A DNA stretch of 63,990 nt, filler included, from Atractiella rhizophila (lineage: Eukaryota): the NCBI GenBank assembly GCA_021432655.1. It is 4 parts of 4 records of this genome, joined end to end, with 100 filler letters (N's around TTAATTAATTAA, not from the genome) between each part and the next. Parts side by side here need not be neighbours in the genome. Positions count along the whole stretch, not along the records: positions 48,923 to 63,990 come from MU271942.1; 3 more parts are not named here. One strand, written 5' to 3'. Positions 53,505 through 63,990 of this stretch are shown in pieces. The stretch's first letter is position 1; every line of letters starts with the position of its first letter. Position numbers and translations under genes: made by a program. Below the pieces are notes generated by a model. It saw only the letters and a program-made list of their open reading frames with translations, was not told the origin of the DNA and did no database searches.

Positions 53505-55820
53505 CTATTTCGGGTAAGCCTTAATCGTCAAGACGATTTTGTGCATTAGAGAAGCAGCTCTAGCGGTTCGACTTGCAATCACAGGGCTAAAAGCATAGCC
53601 TCTGCCCAACTTCAAAGCCCTTGCGGAAGGACTGAACTTCTGGCCATCTTGCTCTCCGACGGCGACCACAAAGCACTGGAAACGATTCCAGACTTTCCGC
53701 TCGAGTACAGAATCGAGTTCAATACCACACCAAACATGGGTAATGCATCTTAGCATGGCTGAAATACCTTGACGTTCCTTCAAATTCGAAATCCATGAAC
53801 ACCATAAACCATTACTAATGTAGAAAATTTACAGCCACACCTTGGATTACAGAGCAGAATAGCTGCCAATTCAACGTCCCCATGCAACTCATTAACCGTT
53901 ACTCTTCCCGCCACAAGCATTCCTTCCATGCTGCACGCAGAAAATGTTAGTCATTCTCGTCTGACTCATAAAATTTACATGTATCTAAGGATCACGTGCT
54001 CGCTCTGCCTCAGAAAGGCGAGGTTCGTTCCTGAATGTCTTCAAACGCTTGGCAGTAGCTCGAGAAATTAGACTAATTGGGATGATACACGAATATATTG
54101 CAATCCTTGAACAACAATGTCAACTCAACAGAAGCACTGAAAACCTTTAAAGCAAGTCTATCTAGATTTATAGGAGTGGAACAGCTACATATGATCACCG
54201 ATTACTGAGCACTGAGAAGTGAAGACTGGATTCGAAAGAACATGTTCTTTCTTTTGAACGACAAGAGGTACAGAGTAGCCTGGTGACTAAAAGTGTTGGT
54301 AACAACGCTGAAGACGGAAGGGTAAAGAGTTTCTGAAATGATACCGCTGATTCGACGAAAGGAATCGGCATTCTGCCACATATTGCTGATAACCAGCATA
54401 AACAACACATAAAGGTAACCGAGCCGTCACGATCCGACCTTGCGGTAGCCATCCTCGATCAAATTGCAAACAGTCGTGAGCCAGTTTTCTGTCGAGATGG
54501 CAAAATCGACAATGGAGTATACGCGCCCGTTGGCGTAAACGATTTCTAGAGCTCGCTTCTTTCCAGCAGCCATACTTTTCGAAACGTGAGGGGAATCGAC
54601 ACCTGCTCCGCGTGGGCTCGTGAACTTGCGCAGAGGATCGTCTGGTGCAATAAAGGTAATCGCGATACGTTTGATGTACGATGTATTGAGCCATTCGTGT
54701 TGGTTGTCGGGACGGAAGCTCGGCGCTGACGAACCGAGAAAAAAGCTTGTGGGAGAAAATTGGGTCATGATGTCCGAGAAACTGTAAGCACTATGATACT
54801 TTCGAGGGGTAGGACGGGATGAGGTGGGAGGCAACGATTCGACTACTCGCTTGAGTGATTCAGCGGCCGGAGATGGTGATGCGTGAGAATAGGCGCGGGC
54901 AGGACGCGGTAACGGGTAAAGAGGAGGACTTAAATCGGAATGATTAGCGGATCAGGGGATACATAAGGTGCAAGGTGGACAAACCGGTTGACAGAAACCG
55001 CATGACTAGATTCTTTGCTCTTTGTTCTGACATCCGATCCAGAGGAAATTGTATGTCGATGAACCACACGCTTTGTAACAAAGCGACTGGATGCATTGGT
55101 GTTCACATGAAGATCGGATGTCGTGCCAACAGATCTAAAGGGAACTTGTGGAGTGGTTTGAGGCTCTTCCAACGGTGCGGTTGGAGGGGGTTGGCGTGGA
55201 GGTGGTATGGTTGAGAGAGGGGAGATGGGAGCGCGACGTGCTCGTGAATTAGGACGAGAGGGGCGATTGGAAGACGGCGAACTGGTGCGACGAGCGTAGC
55301 TAAGGATCGGGGTCGGAGCTCTACCGCTTCTGGATGAACGAGGACGAGATGCGCTCGTCTCGGTTGGGAGGTCCATTTGGAAAACGTCAAGGTCATACAA
55401 AGGTGGGGTATAGACTTCTTCGTCGCCTTGTCGACTGCTCTTCCGTGACGATGGACGGCTGTAAATGCCTTGTGCGACGGGCCCCATTCGAGATGCAAGC
55501 CAAGGAGGGTTCTCCAGACCGGAGCCAACATATGAGGAAGCTGGAAGAGGCGGTTTGCAGCCACGGATGGCGATAGGAGTCGCCGACGTGGGTCTTGAGG
55601 AATACGAGGAAAAATCGCCTTCGAAATGGAAGATGGGTTGATCTGACGTCGAGCAACCGACTTTGGCAAGAGGGGTCAGACGAGTTAGTGTTGTTGCTCG
55701 TGCGGTGGCCATACTAGTAATAGTTAGCGGCGAAGGGCTAAAAATGTTGTGATCTTCAAAGTCAGAGGGACTGAGTCGCAGGACGGAGTCGAAGTGGGCA
55801 CTTGGACGAAAAGTCTCCAC
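53505..55820 (-). CDS. Hypothetical protein, Ser/Pro/Arg-rich N-terminus and multi-exon C-terminus (boundaries uncertain)
   Basis: ORFs 54930-55820 and 54427-54834 join in frame through a GT-AG intron; further small exons plausibly lead to ORF 53505-53783. No family recognised. Confidence 0.55.
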
Positions 55821-58800
55821 GTTGGGCGACTTCTCTGTAGAGTGTTAACGCTGGGCTTCTGCTAGAGGCGAGTTACAAAGGTAGTTGAGTGAAAACTGAG
55901 CCCGATTCGCCACAACAATATGGAAGGACGATGTAGACAACCAAACTGGCCTCATTCGTTAGCACGCTTCTCTGGGGCAGTTGAAGGGCTTACCTTTCGA
56001 ATGATATCGACGGAGCCTCGACGAGTCTGTCGCTAGAAGTGAGTGATCCTGTCCAAGCCTTGTCAGCTTCAGCTTCGTTCAGATGCCCCTGACCGGTGTG
56101 AAGCAGACAGTTGGAAGGAGGTTACAACTCTTATACTTCCAATCAATTAGACTTCAAGGAGGTTGCGATGGTTAACCGAAGCTTAACCTTCAGTCATGCG
56201 ACACTTGACTTTCTCATTCAGTCCTTCAAAATTCAAGCCCAAATTGTCGGGATGAATTAGAGCAATTCTGCAAAACTGGAAGCTTCAGCTGAAACTCAGC
56301 AACTCCCCGATGGGAAGTAAAACAAGCGAACGTGGGTGGGTAATTTACACTGTAACCAAATCTGAGAAAGCATCAACAAAGCTCAAAGAAGAATGCAACA
56401 TCGGCATCTCAATTTGGCTGCAACACAAATTGTGAACTTTTGAGCGACATCGGCACGATGAAAGATCGAGCGGTTCTTTGTCGCGACGCATCTCCATTAT
56501 CTGGAAAGTTTCCATTCATTCATGCGCAGCTTTCTGTGGAACAGTGGAAAGAACACCAAGAAGAAGACCATTAGAACATCTCAAGAAGTGCGTTTAGGTT
56601 TGGAAACTTGGTACGAATCGGGGAGGATTTAGAGTGGGTCGATCCGTGGGAAGGGCCATTGTCTTTGACCTTCGCCCCAGGTTGAAACGGCAAAGCTGGC
56701 GGCAAAAGGGGAGAAATGGAGAAACCAACGAGGAGCGACGTCAAACCTCAGCTTCAAAATTGCATTCTAACAAACTAGCGACAGTTCGGAAACGTCGCAA
56801 GCTCAAGCTTTCCAATCGTGCTCTTGACGACAAACCCTGCAGCCTTGGGGATTTTTAGCTTTACACTTGACCACCTCAATGGGGCATCAAGACAAGCATG
56901 TAACCACTCAATACTCAATCCCAGGATGCAATTTGGAACAAAACGACCTCTCAAGTCGCAGCAATAAGCGAGAGCTGAAACCGTGTCCATCGGTGTGTGG
57001 GAAAAGCCAAGAGCCTCATATAATATTAGCTTCTGGTTGAGGGTTCCGCATCCTCAAACCAGAACCTCCAGCAATTCCAGTCATCGCTTGGTGGCCGGAA
57101 CCTTGGAAGGAGAAGTTCCATGAGACATAGATGGGTCACGAAAAAGGCGAAACCAAAAGGAAAAGTTGAGCAGACCTGAAAGAGACTTACCAAATGCCGC
57201 TGATGTGAAATGAACATGGCACTGGCATTGAAGGGAAGCAAGCCCTTTTAACTTGTCAAGACTCAACAAGGTTTTCCAAACTCTTTTCAACACCACCTAA
57301 CCTAAACATTTCCCAAGCATCTGGAAGAGATCGCCCCAACCACCATATGGGGATTCCAGCCTGATCCTCACCCCTTTGAGCTTGTACACAATAAGGAAAG
57401 GAAAAGTCGTGGTGAGGTGAATCAGGACGTTTCCAAGTAGCTCTAAGATTCCTCCTCCCTTGTCCATCCTTTCCTGTTCAAAATCATAGGAGTAATACCG
57501 CGCCGAAGTTTAGCAGCATTCCAAAACCGCAAGTCCCTGGCACTGCGTGAAGACACGGAGCATGGACGACGTATGACAGAAAGCAAACCATTCATGCCTT
57601 CGGCGAGACAGCTTCGGGAACATCGACTAAGTTTGACAGACGCGAGCTCAGAATATGCAAACTCTCCTTACGTCCCTAAAGACGTAAAATCTGGGGAAGA
57701 TACCTCCGGCACTACTGAAGATAAATGATTTGCGACACGACCAAGGAGAATGGCAAAGGAGTTGGTGCCGCAGTTAGACATGCTGAACTACATCTCGTCT
57801 TACCCTGACTGCGATGAGCCAGCGTGGAAGTGGCTTGGAGTTTTGGGTCTAGGACTTGTATTGGGAAAGCTCTGACGATGCATCGCACATGGATACACCA
57901 CCCATAGTTTTCAAGATATTCCTACCAGATCTCCAGTGTCATCCTGAACTGCGATCGTCGGCACTTTCTCACTGTCACCTGCAGCTCTCACATTCTATCT
58001 ACATTCAACTAGAATGGACTTGAATGGCTGACGAAGCAAGAGGGAAGCTGAGATCTGCGTAGAGCCACCTCGTCCCACCTAAGGTTCCAAAACTGATCCA
58101 GCCTCAGTCAATAGATCAAGGGAACCTGAATCTGAAGACAAGAAACAGAAGCTGAAGGAAGGGGGGAGAAAGTCTCCTTTTCTCCATCCTCAGCATCGCA
58201 TCGAAAAGTCAAACCGATTGAGAACGCAGATTGCTCCCCTTACATAACCGTTGAAACTCGTTTGCTGTCTCGGGCCAGGCTTTCAGGGCCGATGGACCAA
58301 ATGTATCGGCTTCAATGGAGAGGGGGAATGAAACGCATGGCGCCGCAAACAAAAATGAAAACGGAACCAAAACGTGGAGGATTCGTCGATGGAGGGTTGT
58401 GACTCTACTTTTTGCAGTGGCAATCAATTACATTGTAAAAACGGCTGGAGAACAGTATCACCAGCCATCATTCAAGGTCCCAGCCCGATTCCAGTGGATT
58501 CCAGACCCGGGCAAAGCCTTCACCGGTGGGTTTTACTCATAATCCGAGCAACTTCATGGAGCCCTCAGCGCCGAATCTAAGTCGTCGCTTCAATCTAAGA
58601 CATCGCTGTATTCACAAGTTGACAATCAGCATTGAAAACAATCTGCGTCCTTCAATTCAGTCTGTACTAAGGTCAATCCTATTGTGCATAAAAATTTGAC
58701 TTATATATATTCAACGATAAAGATTCTGCTGCTTAAACCTTGGGTTGACTGTACGCGAACCATCTCTTCTAACCTTGTTGGGTTGACAGGATTGGGGTGC

Positions 58801-59970
58801 TGCATCTGGCTGAAGAGCACATAGAAAAGTCTCACGTTTTGCAATGAGAGCCTTGGTGGATGCCCATTGTTCTCAAAGACAAATGTAATCACGAGACATG
58901 CCGTTCTTTTGCTCCGTGCCTATTGTACGATGGACGGTCTTACGAAGAATACCTAACAGAACACTAGGACTTCACTTCTTCTCCTTGCATCCGTCAGCAT
59001 CCAGGATGGGACACGGAGACAGACAGAACTCCTCAGAACTGATTGGAAACGAACGAAAGGGTAAGAATCGGAGCAGCGCGGATGGCGCAGGGAAAGCTAG
59101 ACGGCATTACCTCCTCCGAGATCGACGCGAGAAGGGCTAAAACCGTGATAAGACGCGGTAAGCTGTTCCACAGAAGAACAGGACATCCAAGCAGCTTTTC
59201 GGAGGCCGCGTATCATTTACATACAGCGTTCAAGCCATCAAGCAAGCTTCTGTCTCCACAAAGACGCTTCTTCGCTCAATACTGACACGGAACCAAACAT
59301 ATACTGATTGATCTCATCGTCATTTCTGCAGCCTAAGCTTTTGATTGTGGTTCCTACGAGGAGGTATTGAGCGCATTCCAATTAGCGCTCAGCGCCTCCA
59401 AAATAAAAACGCGAAGGTGACGTTCAAATTCTCGGGATGAATAAACACCATCAAAATCAGATCAATCGATGCAGGAAAGGATTAGATTGTATGGAAAGTA
59501 TGTATATCTCCACTGTAAGAACAGGAAGAGATAGAGCTCATGAAAGAGCTCAATACCCAATGACAATTCCACCTCCACGCAAGCACTTAATTCAGATTGC
59601 TCACCTTCTTTCACCCTTTCTCTTTCCTTGCTAAATCACTGCGGACAGCGATCTGCCCAGGGATCTTACACTACATTCCTGCATCTTCCGCCGCTGGGTG
59701 GACATGTTGGCAGCCGTCAAACACGTCCAATCCGATTCAATCCATTTCTGACCCAATCAAGTCCCTTTACTCCTCCATCTCGCTGCCCAATCTCGATCTC
59801 GAATTTCGAGCAAGCGCTCCTTACTGCCATGAAACTGAAAGCAACCAGGGAATAAAGGGAGCCTCAAAAAGTTGGTCGTTTTGTTGTGTTGTGGCATTGT
59901 CATTCCATTCCCAGAATCGCCGCCCAAAAGCAGATGTGGAAGTGGAAACGACGAACGCGTCAAAGCGAGA

Positions 59971-60904
59971 ATGTCGGCCTCTAACCATCCCTCCTTCTCA
60001 GCACATCACCAGCGCCTGGCCCGCCAATCGCTGTATCCACGACCAGCAACACAAGGCGGTCCCTCTACCTCGAAGAGCGGGGAGGGGACGACGACTGAAC
60101 TAGATGTTTTGAAGCAGCACCATCGATTCATACGGTCCGAAGACGGTGCAAGTGGTGAAGGGAAGGAGGGAGAAGGAGATGAATGGGGAGATAGGCTTGC
60201 GAAGAAACATTATGAGAGTTTGTATAAGGATTGGGGGATCGTGGATCTAAAACATTGGAAGACTCGTGCTGTGGGTCATCTCCCTCCGTTTCCTTCCTTG
60301 TTTGTTGTATGAAACATGGGTTATGGCTCGTTAATCTCTCTTCTTGGTGTTTGGATTTGGGTACCAGATTGCGATTCGCTGGAGAACGGAATCTGAAGTG
60401 CTTTCAGGAAAAGGAGAAACTCGATGCGCAAACGTCCGTTGCACGACCGTGCAAGCTTCTCCCTCTCCTACACACTCGCCCTCTTCAACTGAACGGCGGG
60501 CTGCGGAGGGAAAGGAGGAGGAGGAGGAGGATAGGAGGGAGAAGCTGAAAGAGTACGAGATCCCGTTCTCGTATGTCGAAGGAGGGCAGAAGAAGAGCAC
60601 CATGGTCCGTGTTCGGGTTTGTGCGAGGTGTGCGAGGAAGTTAGTGCCTTCAAGATCTAGGAAGGAGAAGGGATTGAAGCAGGACGAGAGGGAAGAGAGA
60701 GGTGGTCCTGATGGTCTTGTGGAGGAAGAGGGAGAGGATGAGTCTGATGGACCGCAAGACGAGGAAAGCAAGATGAATGGGAGAGAAATGGAGCGGGAAG
60801 GGAGAAAGAGGCGGAGGGAGGAGGAGAGGGAAGAGAGGCATCGAAGGGATAGAGACAAGCGACGGCGCGTAGAGGAGGAGGAGCGGCCTCATCGCCCAAA
60901 ATAA
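59971..60904 (+). CDS. FRA10AC1: FRA10AC1 family spliceosome-associated protein
   Basis: TELDVLKQHHRFIR, WGDRLAKKHYESLYKDWGIVDL, IAIRWRTESEVLSGKGETRCAN, YEIPFSYVEGGQKKSTMVRVRVCARCARKL; intron 60271-60367. Confidence 0.92.
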
Positions 60905-61105
60905 TGTGAAGTTTGCTCTTCACTTGCGGATTGGGAGCATTGCAGCATGCGTGTCTATGCTTCGCCATCATGGTCACTATGTAAGCTTCCAATGTTATTG
61001 CTGTACACATATCATTTCTGTTTGTTACATTTGCAACCTCCCTTTTCACAACCACCAGTTGATCCCCAGGTATCAAGAATGCTCCACCCCACTCTAAGCT
61101 CTCAT

Positions 61106-62149
61106 CTACGAATGTACAAACAGTCCCTTATCCCTAACGACCAACCCTGTCCTGGCCCTCTCCGCCCACGCCCTCACGACCTGCATGCTCCCCTCCTCCG
61201 GCGACTGTGATCTCGGACAAAAGAACCAAAGGACGCAATCGACCTGATGCTGCGGGAGGCGCCACAAGACCAGGATGGCGTCCGTGAGCCCTTTACGGGG
61301 GTGTTCGAAGGTGCCTTCGAGGAGTGGAGCGGGGGGCAGAGGGTGGGAAGTGGAGGCGGTGGAGTCGGAGTCGGAGGCTTGGGCTGAGAAGTGAAATCTG
61401 GAAGATGGGGAGTGAGCAGCTTGGTAGGTGGAGATAGTGGTTTAGAAGGATTGTCCCATGCCAGAGATCTGATTCGAATCATCGTTCTCGCTCTTTGATC
61501 TGATCTCGCATATATAGACCACTTGAAGGTTCAGACAACAAAATCATCCATTCCCAGTCCTTGTTGGTGTCTGAGTCTGATAAACTCAGAGGAATGGCTT
61601 GAGCAGTCAACGCTTCGTGTCTTAGAGTGCCACAAACATTGAAAAAGTCTTGCCTCCTAAGCAATCAAGCTTGGAATGCAGAGAACGATATCAAAAATGT
61701 CTACTCTGTCGTATTGATCAAAGGTTTACACCTGGAGACAGGTACATCATGTGCACCAATAGGTCAGAGACCACAGGTAATAACATGCTTTCAAGTTCGG
61801 ATAATCGCTTCGCCAAACGAAACAAGAATCGAAAGGTCGCAACTGAAAGGAAGAAACGGGACAGAAACCACACACCTCAGCGCCGCTTCATCCCCTTCCC
61901 CTGTACAGACATGTTCCAATATCTCAAACAATATGCTCCGTCCACTCTCGTCAGGGAAGACGAAGAGCTCCTGTGTATCAGGTACCGGCCTTATATCCCT
62001 GTCATCGCATGCGTGTCATCAATGTGTTGTTTGACTGGGAAGTTGGTGTGTGCGTACGATGCGTCTTTGAGGTTGGGAGGGAGGAGCAGTGTCAGTGCGC
62101 CGTCGAAGAGGGGACGAGCTTCTAAATCGTTGGGAGTTGGTTCCTTCAT
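61106..62149 (-). CDS. MOG1: Ran-binding nucleotide release factor Mog1
   Basis: Not in the ORF track. Spliced RPLFDGALTLLLPPNLKDAS|DIRPVPDTQELFV...SILFEILE...AALR|FHF...LWRLPQHQVDCVL...VRDKGLF; second intron 61398-61875. Confidence 0.85.
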
Positions 62150-62328
62150 GTATTAGATTCAGTGTTGCAATCGGAGGATACGAGATGATGGTTGGATGAT
62201 TTGGCGGGAAGGTGTCTGAATTTGAAAACTAAAACGACGAACTTGATGACATCCAAGAAAAAGACGTAGGCGCTTGACAAACAGCAAGGCAGATAGAGCA
62301 GTACAAGGCAAATATCAGCACGAAAGAG
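62150..62328. promoter_or_regulatory. Probable compact bidirectional promoter (MOG1 / IMA1)
   Basis: Only 179 nt separate the two divergent predicted start codons. Confidence 0.5.
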
Positions 62329-63990
62329 ATGGAATGCCATTTCTGCGGTTCCCCTCACTCACTCTCTACCAGCACCTCCACATCGAAGAACGACGGCGCA
62401 CTCTCATCCCTCCTCCGGACTTCAAATGGAAAGAAAGGGAAAGGGAGAGAAGGATACACGTTCAAGTGCTTGGATTGTGAGGCGTGGAATTGGTGGGATG
62501 CTGAGAAAGGAGAGTGGAGCGACTGGAGGGAAGAGTGGGCGAGGGGTTTAGGTGGAGGTTGGTGTTCCCTTGAGTTGTTGTCTTGCTTCTGTGAAGTGTG
62601 GTGTTGTTAAGACTGAAAGTCCCCGTTCGAGTTGGAAAGAACAAGAATTGTGTTGTTCTCTTCCTCCTCTCCTCCAAAGAGTATATCTACAGCGAGTACG
62701 CGCTTTCGAAGCTGCGATTGTTCGTTATCCCTGGACAGTTGATTGTTCGGTTGGTGTCGAGAAAAGGAGAATTCTCCCTTTCTTTTCAACATTTGGATAT
62801 CAGCGAGTAAACCTGCCAGGAGTGTTGTGACAGGAGCAGGGAGCAAGTCATTGCCCTAAGCGCAAGTCGGCTTGACTTTTCAGGTCTGTGGAGAACGCAC
62901 ATTCATAAAAGTTCTGTTCTTGGTTTTCCCTTCGTCAACGTTCCATGGTTGTTTCTTGACAGTTCAAGCGGGTCAGTAATCAAGAGTGATGACTTCCTGA
63001 TGTGTTGAAGCTTAAAACGTCTCTCATCCGCACCAGGAGCAGAAGACGTATTTTGCTATTCCAGAGAGCCAGTTTCTTCGCCTATCACGCTGTCTTCCTT
63101 TTATTCGTTGACAGCAGTCATTTTGACCGCCCCATTTCACCAGTTAACCAATGAGGAGACACATTTCGACGTGAATGAAAGCTGAGACGACGTTTTCTAT
63201 GAGAATGAAGCTGAAACCATGTACTAACCTCGTTTGAACCAGCGTCGACCTCCTATGCGCAACCCACGTCATCGCTCTCGCCCTCCTCGACACCTGTTGA
63301 TCCTCCATTCTGCAAGGATTGTCTATCGAACCAATCGCTACAACTATACCTGCTGTCGAATTTTGCTTCCAACAATGAAGCCGAAGTTTCCGCCTATCGA
63401 GAAACATTGAACCATCGATATCCCATCCTCTGCGCTTCTTGTGCTCCGAAGATTGAAGAAATCGTGAAGCGGAGGGATTACAAAGTTCGAGCTATGTACC
63501 TCAATTCACGATTGGGGGAGAGGCGACGGCAATTACCGAACTCTAACACGACAACGAATCACGAGAAAGGAAAGGAAAAGGAGGAGCATCATGGCCATCA
63601 TGACGGTAGATCGGTGTGGACTTGGCGGGTAAAAGGGGCGTTGTGGGGAGTCACAATCTTTCATGGCTGGTGCTGGAAGGGAGAGTACATGCCATGGATC
63701 ACTATTTGGTTCTTGCTGTCCTTCGTTTGGAGCTTTTGGGACCCCCATTGGAGGAAAGCATGTAACTTGAAGCGGGCCCATTGCAAAGTAGATCGACTGG
63801 GATTGACTCAATGGAAGGTTTGTCGTCTCTTCATCTATCGATTGTCCTCATGCCAACATATGAGAAGTAGATATCTCAAGCCGTCGTTTTTGGTCTTCGA
63901 CTTTCAGAACTAATGTTCTATTTCGCTTTCGGATATGACATGCGAGTGAAACTAGTTTCGCTCTGTATGGCAATATTGGTCAGCTTACCT
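62329..63990 (+). CDS. IMA1: Inner nuclear membrane protein Ima1 (runs off window)
   Basis: Four CxxC pairs of Ima1_N: CHFCG, FKCLDCEAWN, PFCKDCLSNQ, RYPILCASC; then TM segments and FWDPHW. First intron 62558-63242 has a TACTAAC branch point. Confidence 0.85.

Noticed and set aside
45715..60904. Apparent grouping of RNA-processing genes (SPF45, RRM protein, FRA10AC1)
   Set aside because: SPF45 is on a different contig, so the proximity comes from concatenation.
62986..63000. C-box-like GTGATGA in the IMA1 intron (C/D snoRNA?)
   Set aside because: CTGA boxes lie 4 nt or ~190 nt away, with no terminal stem or recognisable rRNA guide. An H/ACA RNA cannot be excluded without a covariance search.

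Overview
Intron-rich fungal genomic DNA, most likely a basidiomycete (DUF6533-type membrane protein, FunK1 kinase, mostly 45-100 nt GT-AG introns). It is not one locus: four contigs are joined by identical 100-nt spacers (44 N + TTAATTAATTAA + 44 N), so gene order across 16253, 32542 and 48823 is not biological. Manual splicing supports about 20 recognisable genes: eIF4B, a divergent 12-intron actin, TRAP-alpha/Irc22, COA8, HMCES/SRAP, an alpha/beta hydrolase, a DUF6533 protein, a CIA30 protein, FunK1, a PAK-like pseudokinase, GH43 arabinanase, GLT1, an SDR, a degenerate DUF1445 (D-glutamate cyclase-like) protein, an F-box protein, a hemerythrin protein, SPF45, a GH1 glucosidase, an RRM protein, FRA10AC1, Mog1 and Ima1. 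I found no rRNA, tRNA, CRISPR array or intact transposon. The most unusual items are: (1) an actin paralogue with D187S and R206H at the latrunculin pocket; (2) three 478-685 nt introns (SPF45, Mog1, Ima1), the Ima1 one carrying a ladder of internal acceptor/donor pairs suggestive of recursive or micro-exon splicing; (3) two apparent pseudoenzymes. Family calls rest on motif recognition by eye, not database searches.
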